From assembly GCA_965112735.1 (NCBI GenBank), contig OZ218958.1:2604001-2668000 (forward strand): a stretch of DNA of 64,000 nt, read 5' to 3'. This stretch comes from Phaeosaccion multiseriatum (Eukaryota; Protista; Ochrophyta, other classes). Every line of letters begins with the position of its first letter. The first letter of the stretch is position 1. This document shows positions 59,639-64,000 of this stretch, in pieces. The notes beneath the pieces are model-generated. The model saw only the letters and a list, made by a program, of their open reading frames with translations. It did no database searches and was not told where the DNA came from. The position numbers and the translations under genes were made by a program.

Positions 59639-59955
59639 GCAAAGGAGCCACTGCAGTGACGGAGGCAATACGCCTGGCGGCAGCCCATGGAGCGGATCTC
59701 ATCCCCTGTAACGCCTTCCATGCCCGGGGCGCGAGGGAACAACAGCAGCAGCAGCAGCAGCCGCAGCAGGGGGGGGGGGGGGGGGAGAGCGGGTGCGAGT
59801 TGCCCCTCGTGACCGTTGCTTGTGGCAAGGCTCTTCGCCTTCCCCGCACGGCGGCCCTGCCTTTGAGCATGTTGAAGGAGTTTGAGGAGAGCGTTGAAGC
59901 AGCCCTGCGAGAGGTGCTCAGCCAGAACCAGGAGGGCTTTGAGCTGCTCCAGTAG
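51827..59955 (+). CDS. Fatty acyl-AMP ligase (FAAL) - acyl carrier protein - membrane DGAT2/MGAT-like fusion, ~1,294 aa, 8 exons
   Basis: Exons 51827-52514, 52816-53087, 55299-55439, 55780-55867, 56164-56313, 56902-57029, 57261-57824, 58102-59955 (3885 nt). FAAL motifs: LAFLQYTSGSTSEPKGVMITHGNL, SWLPQYHDMGLIG, APNFAY, PTYGLAEHT, GEVWLRSESCAKGYW, FLRTGDLGF, GRLKDLIIVRGRNHFPQDLE, VPKTTSGKIAR. ACP motif LGMDSM (Ser codon 58687-58689). Two hydrophobic helices, then a DAGAT-like C terminus. Confidence 0.88.
53088..54850 (+). repeat. ~1.75-kb (GAGT)n/(GTGA)n microsatellite filling most of FAAL intron 2
   Basis: Directly visible; begins exactly at the GT donor (53088). Confidence 0.97.
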
Positions 59956-60105
59956 AGCGAGGAGAGTGAGCAGAGAGAGGAGAGTGAGGAGAGTGAGGAA
60001 AGTGAGTAGAGTGAGTAGAGCGAGGAGAGTGAGCAGAGTGAGGAGAGTGAGGAAAGTGAGTAGAGTGAGGAAAGTGAGTAGAGTGAGTAGAGTGAGTAGA
60101 GTGGA
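59955..60105 (+). repeat. 9-bp minisatellite (AGAGTGAGN-type) immediately after the FAAL-fusion stop codon
   Basis: About 16 degenerate copies of gagtgag(t/g/c)a. Confidence 0.85.
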
Positions 60106-61271
60106 GCCAGGAGGGAGGGCCTAGAGCCTATAGGACTGTAGGCTACGGTGATGCGTGAGCGAGTGATACGTGTCGCTTTTGCGCTCGGTAGTGAGTGTAT
60201 AGTATCGCATAAAGAAAGAAAGGAAAGGAGAAGCTGCCGTTACAAAGGCGCACCTTGAGATGAAACTTCGTCGCCCTCTTCCTCTCTCGTATAGCTAATG
60301 GTACCGTCGGGGTCTACGGGCCGAAAGGGGGCGAGGAGCCTCCAAACTAAAATGGAGAATTCTACAAACCAAAGTCTACACAACCTCTCCAGCAGCAACA
60401 TGTTTCCCGGATGGGATGCATGTCCTCGGTGCTCGAAGAATCCGCAGCTTAGCTGCCTCTGTGCCGCCGCAGCGCACTGATCACCGACTGCTCCACTCCA
60501 CCCCACCGCTTCGATCATTCCCCCCTCACCGCTCAACCCCCCTAGCTCCGACATTCGCCACCGAAACCGCCGCACGATGAACCGACTGTGGTACTCCTGC
60601 TGCGGCCAGTGACTGCTTGAGTGCACATCTTTTGCACCCACGGAAAGAAGTACGACGCGTCTTCCAGTACCTCTCTACCGCTGAGCTTGTGCCCCCCCGC
60701 CTGGCAGCGACACTCCTGCCGGCTAGAGTGAACTTGTCTCGTGACTCGTATGTACGCACGGTGCGGGCTCATTATGGTGCGCCAGGCGATTTGTTCTCAG
60801 GGTGGCGGCTCTGCTAAGAAGGCCTGTGCCTCGTGCGTGGGTCGAAGCATCTGGGAAGCTCATGGCTTGGTCGTGCCCGTTGGCGATGAACATGATCCGC
60901 CCCACATGTTGGTGGTCACCAAGCTCGTCGATACCGAGTATGAGCTTCCATCTGTTTGACTCTGGCCCTCAGCTCGGCCTGCAAAATCGGGAAGCATGGC
61001 AGCAAGGGGTTTGACGCTGATAACGGCTGTTACTGGCGTGCTTCGAGCAATCGACGGCCAGACGTCCAGCGCACAAGTCGCTCGCCGTGACGCTATGATT
61101 CTGCATGTGCTGTGCTACTGCTGCTGCTAGTGCGGCTTGTCTCTAGATTGTTTGCACGCCACCTTCGGTAGCAGAGGAAGAAGAGCCGACCGTTACTCAT
61201 GTTCCGCCTTGAGAACCTCTCTCTACCACCAATGCTGCTGTTGCTACTGGTGCTGTTGGTGCTGCTACTTC

Positions 61272-62340
61272 CTAACTCTTGCTGTTACTACTCCTACTGC
61301 TTCTGCTGGTGCTGCTGGTGCTGCTACTGCTGCTGCTGCCATCCCTACTCCTGCTGCTACTACTGAGGATGAAGGGATTCCCGTCTACGTGCAGCTCCTC
61401 CAGAAGGGGCAGCGCCTGAGCCACGTCCTGGGCAGGCAGACGCCCGATGCCGTTTCCGCTCACCCGCAGCACTCGGAGCTGGGTCAGTGCCTCTATGCCG
61501 TGGGGAAAGTCCGCCAAAGAGTTGCCTGCGGGGGGGCATCCCCGTTGATGATCGAGGGGAGGGTAAAGAGTAGGACAATGCCAGGGGGGCGGGGGAGAGG
61601 AACAAGAGCAAGATGATATGTTATGACAAAGGAACACACACCGTCTTGGTTCGACGGCGCCGGCGCCGAGCCAAACAGAGTACCGGCTTACTGCCTCATC
61701 ACTCGCTTGTACAGAAGAAGCCGCCATACACTGGACTGGCCTGTGTGGTCTCGCAGAGAGCTTCCATCCGGCGGAGCCCAACACCCCCTTCACCGCTCGG
61801 TTCTCGCCCCACCACCCCCCTTCACTGCTGATTTATCGATGGGTGGACGAACTTAGCAGCCAACACAAGCTTCCCCTCCCTCACGTCGCATTCTCTTACT
61901 TACGCACCGCTAATATCGAGCTCCCGCAGGCTCCCGCAGAGGGAGAGCGAGTCCGGTAGCATACTGAGGCTATTGTCGGCCACATCCAGCACCTCCAGCT
62001 CGGAGGAGGAGCGCTCCAGCACCGCAGCCAGGCGACAGATGCATGCCTCCCCCACCTTTTCGCACCACATGTTCCTGCACACAAGGTCGGGGCTGCCGCG
62101 TAAGATGAGGTGCGTGGGACCACCCTGTCCAGCCTGTTTGGAGGCCTCTGCCAGACTACGAGCCACGCGTTGTCTCCGTCGTCCTGAGGTTGTTTCCTCT
62201 GCTGTTGCTGGTGCTGCTACCGGGGCGGCCCCTGCCGGCTCTGTGCCCTCTACCCTTCTGGCAGCCCTCAAAGCGGCTCTTTTCGCCGCTCCTGCCGCCG
62301 TAGCTGAGAAAGGGAAGCAAAGACCCCTCGTTGCGTGCAT
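61272..62340 (-). CDS. Small leucine-rich-repeat protein, ~228 aa (5' end uncertain)
   Basis: Exons ~62340-61908 and 61525-61272. Four LRRs: LEVLDVADNSLSMLP, LRELDISGNSLADFP, LRVLRVSGNGIGRLP, LEELHVDGNPF. Cys cluster CRNMWCEKVGEACIC precedes them; Ser-rich tail. A pyrimidine tract plus CAG near 62305 suggests there may be an upstream exon. Confidence 0.75.
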
Positions 62341-62714
62341 GGGTCTGGAGAGGGGCCAGTCAAATGGGAGAGGAGAAAGAAGGAAAAAGAAAAAAGAATG
62401 GGAGAGAGGTGCCATCTGTGAGTGATTCCGAGCCACCAACACGTCAAGTTCAATATTCCGTGACCCGAATCCGTGATAAACTTTCTCTCCTTTCCTTTCT
62501 CCTTTCCTTTCTCTACCGTGATGATTGACAGCAGAATGGTGCGCGGGGCGTAATTACACTCTCTCCTCGCCATCTCATAGGGGAACTCATAGCATAGTGG
62601 CTGCAAGCATAAGGATTGCAGGCCAAATTTTTTGCTTGGCTTTGAACCCATTGTGCTGTGTGCGCATTCAAGTACCTTGTTGGACTTGAAGAAGGAGGCT
62701 CTTGCTGTGGTGGA

Positions 62715-63596
62715 ATGATGCAATGGAGCTCTTTGATACCCGCTCTCGCAGCAGTTCTTTTTCAGCGGGCCTCCTCAGCGTTCGCGGGGGAGAGATTCAC
62801 GGGAACGTCTTGGGCGATGGTCTATGAAAAGATGGCCCAAAGTCGGCGCGATTTGCAGAGTCTCCCAGAAGAAGAAAGGGACACGACTGACTCATATCCA
62901 ATGCTTGGGTTGGACGATCTTCCAGACTCCTTCCCTCTTGGCTACCCAGACGGCTTGGGCGACTTCGTACTCGATGGTTGGTGGGGGGGCTGCGCGGGTG
63001 CCTCTTTTTCTGGGTGCACTGGAGACTATGTGCCACATGAAGGCTACGCCCTCGACCTTACCGGCCAGACTTGCTACGTGAACCCAGTGAGCGAGAACGT
63101 CCCCGTTCAAGTTCACTGGTTTGGACCTCTGCCGAGATTTAGCAATACGCCATGGGAAAACATAACCTATTTTATGAGCACACTTGTTCCTGAGAATGTG
63201 ACCGACGCTCTTCTTGCAAGTTGTACGGCTGGAGGAGAGTGCTCATGTGAGGCAATCGAGTCCGTGGACGGAGAAGGTGGGCGCGTTTGCGAAAGGATTT
63301 GCACCGCAAGCTGGGGCCCATATTGGGTGGAAAGCGAGTGCATCTCCGAAGGCAGATACAGCTTAAACAACGAGACTTTCTGCTCTTTTGGCGCGAGCCT
63401 CAGCGATATTTCGTCTACAGCCCCGTCGCCTACACCCAATGATACAGCCCCTTCGCCTACACCCCGGACAAGCCCTGCAGGGAATGGCGCCGCCTCGACT
63501 TCTCTGATGGGTTTCCTTCCTTGTAGCCTGGTGCTCCTTACGATGGCCATCACTTCTCGCCCGCTCATCTACGGCGGCTTGAGGCGACGGCGGTGA
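62715..63596 (+). CDS. Intronless Cys-rich secreted/surface protein with a Ser/Thr/Pro stalk and hydrophobic C-terminal anchor, ~293 aa
   Basis: Signal-like MMQWSSLIPALAAVLFQRASSA, about 10 Cys in the ectodomain, TAPSPTP twice, C-terminal FLPCSLVLLTMAITS then RRRR*. No family recognised. Confidence 0.7.
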   Translation: MMQWSSLIPALAAVLFQRASSAFAGERFTGTSWAMVYEKMAQSRRDLQSLPEEERDTTDSYPMLGLDDLPDSFPLGYPDGLGDFVLDGWWGGCAGASFSGCTGDYVPHEGYALDLTGQTCYVNPVSENVPVQVHWFGPLPRFSNTPWENITYFMSTLVPENVTDALLASCTAGGECSCEAIESVDGEGGRVCERICTASWGPYWVESECISEGRYSLNNETFCSFGASLSDISSTAPSPTPNDTAPSPTPRTSPAGNGAASTSLMGFLPCSLVLLTMAITSRPLIYGGLRRRR

Positions 63597-64000
63597 GGTG
63601 CATGACCCATGGAGGGCTGACGGGCAGCAGCGGGTAGGAGTGGAGGGTGGAGGCAGGGGCGGCGACAAGCAAGAGTATTAGTTGTAGTGTTTTTTTTTTT
63701 TTGCCCCCTCTTCTCTTCTCTCAGCTGCTTTTTCTCCTCCCTAAAGTCTCGGATGTTCATCAGCAGCTCCTTCCTCACGACCTCCCTCTCACCCTCCCAC
63801 TGTTGCGTCTCCCAAGCTCATCCCCAGATAGAACTAGTTGATTGCCCCTGAGAAGAACCCCCCATGCTGATGTTCACAGAGTTGCAAGGTGACATTGTGG
63901 CTGTAGTGCGAGGGCGCCACTCCCACTGTGGGCGGGCTGCTCGGAGGGCTTTATTTATTGTGGGCGGGCTTGGGAGGCAAGATAATAAAAGCTTTATGCA

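Noticed and set aside
60298-61014. Short Cys-containing ORFs between the FAAL fusion and the LRR gene
   Set aside because: I could not build a coherent spliced model or recognise a motif. A small gene or pseudogene cannot be excluded.
62715-62800. ASAFAP-like plastid motif (ASSAFAG) in the last gene
   Set aside because: The following region is acidic rather than transit-peptide-like, and the protein has a stalk and a C-terminal anchor typical of surface proteins.

Overview
This is eukaryotic nuclear DNA: GC-rich, intron-rich, standard genetic code, GT-AG introns packed with microsatellites. The plastid-targeting leader on TypA (signal peptide plus AF motif) points to an alga with a complex red plastid, probably an ochrophyte; that assignment is inference. 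I assembled 13 gene models by hand, and the exon lengths of each sum to whole codons. In order: importin-alpha (+), TenA/thiaminase II (+), QPRT/NadC (-), an uncharacterised helical membrane protein (+), UCH37/UCHL5 (-), VPS53 (+), plastid TypA/BipA (+), RNase T2 (-), a giant ~4,605-aa 22-exon repeat protein (+), a proline-rich SH3 protein (-), a FAAL-ACP-DGAT2-like fusion (+), a small LRR protein (-) and an intronless Cys-rich surface protein (+). The most unusual block is 26.9-60 kb. The giant protein has AHNAK/periaxin-like 39-aa repeats, an N-myristoylation motif, a C-terminal CaaX box (CVIM), periodic hydrophobic+polybasic anchor motifs and exclusively phase-1 introns. It lies tail-to-tail with the SH3 protein, which ends in the same CVIM box. 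That gene is in turn head-to-head with the FAAL-ACP-acyltransferase fusion. All family assignments come from motif recognition by eye; no searches were run.
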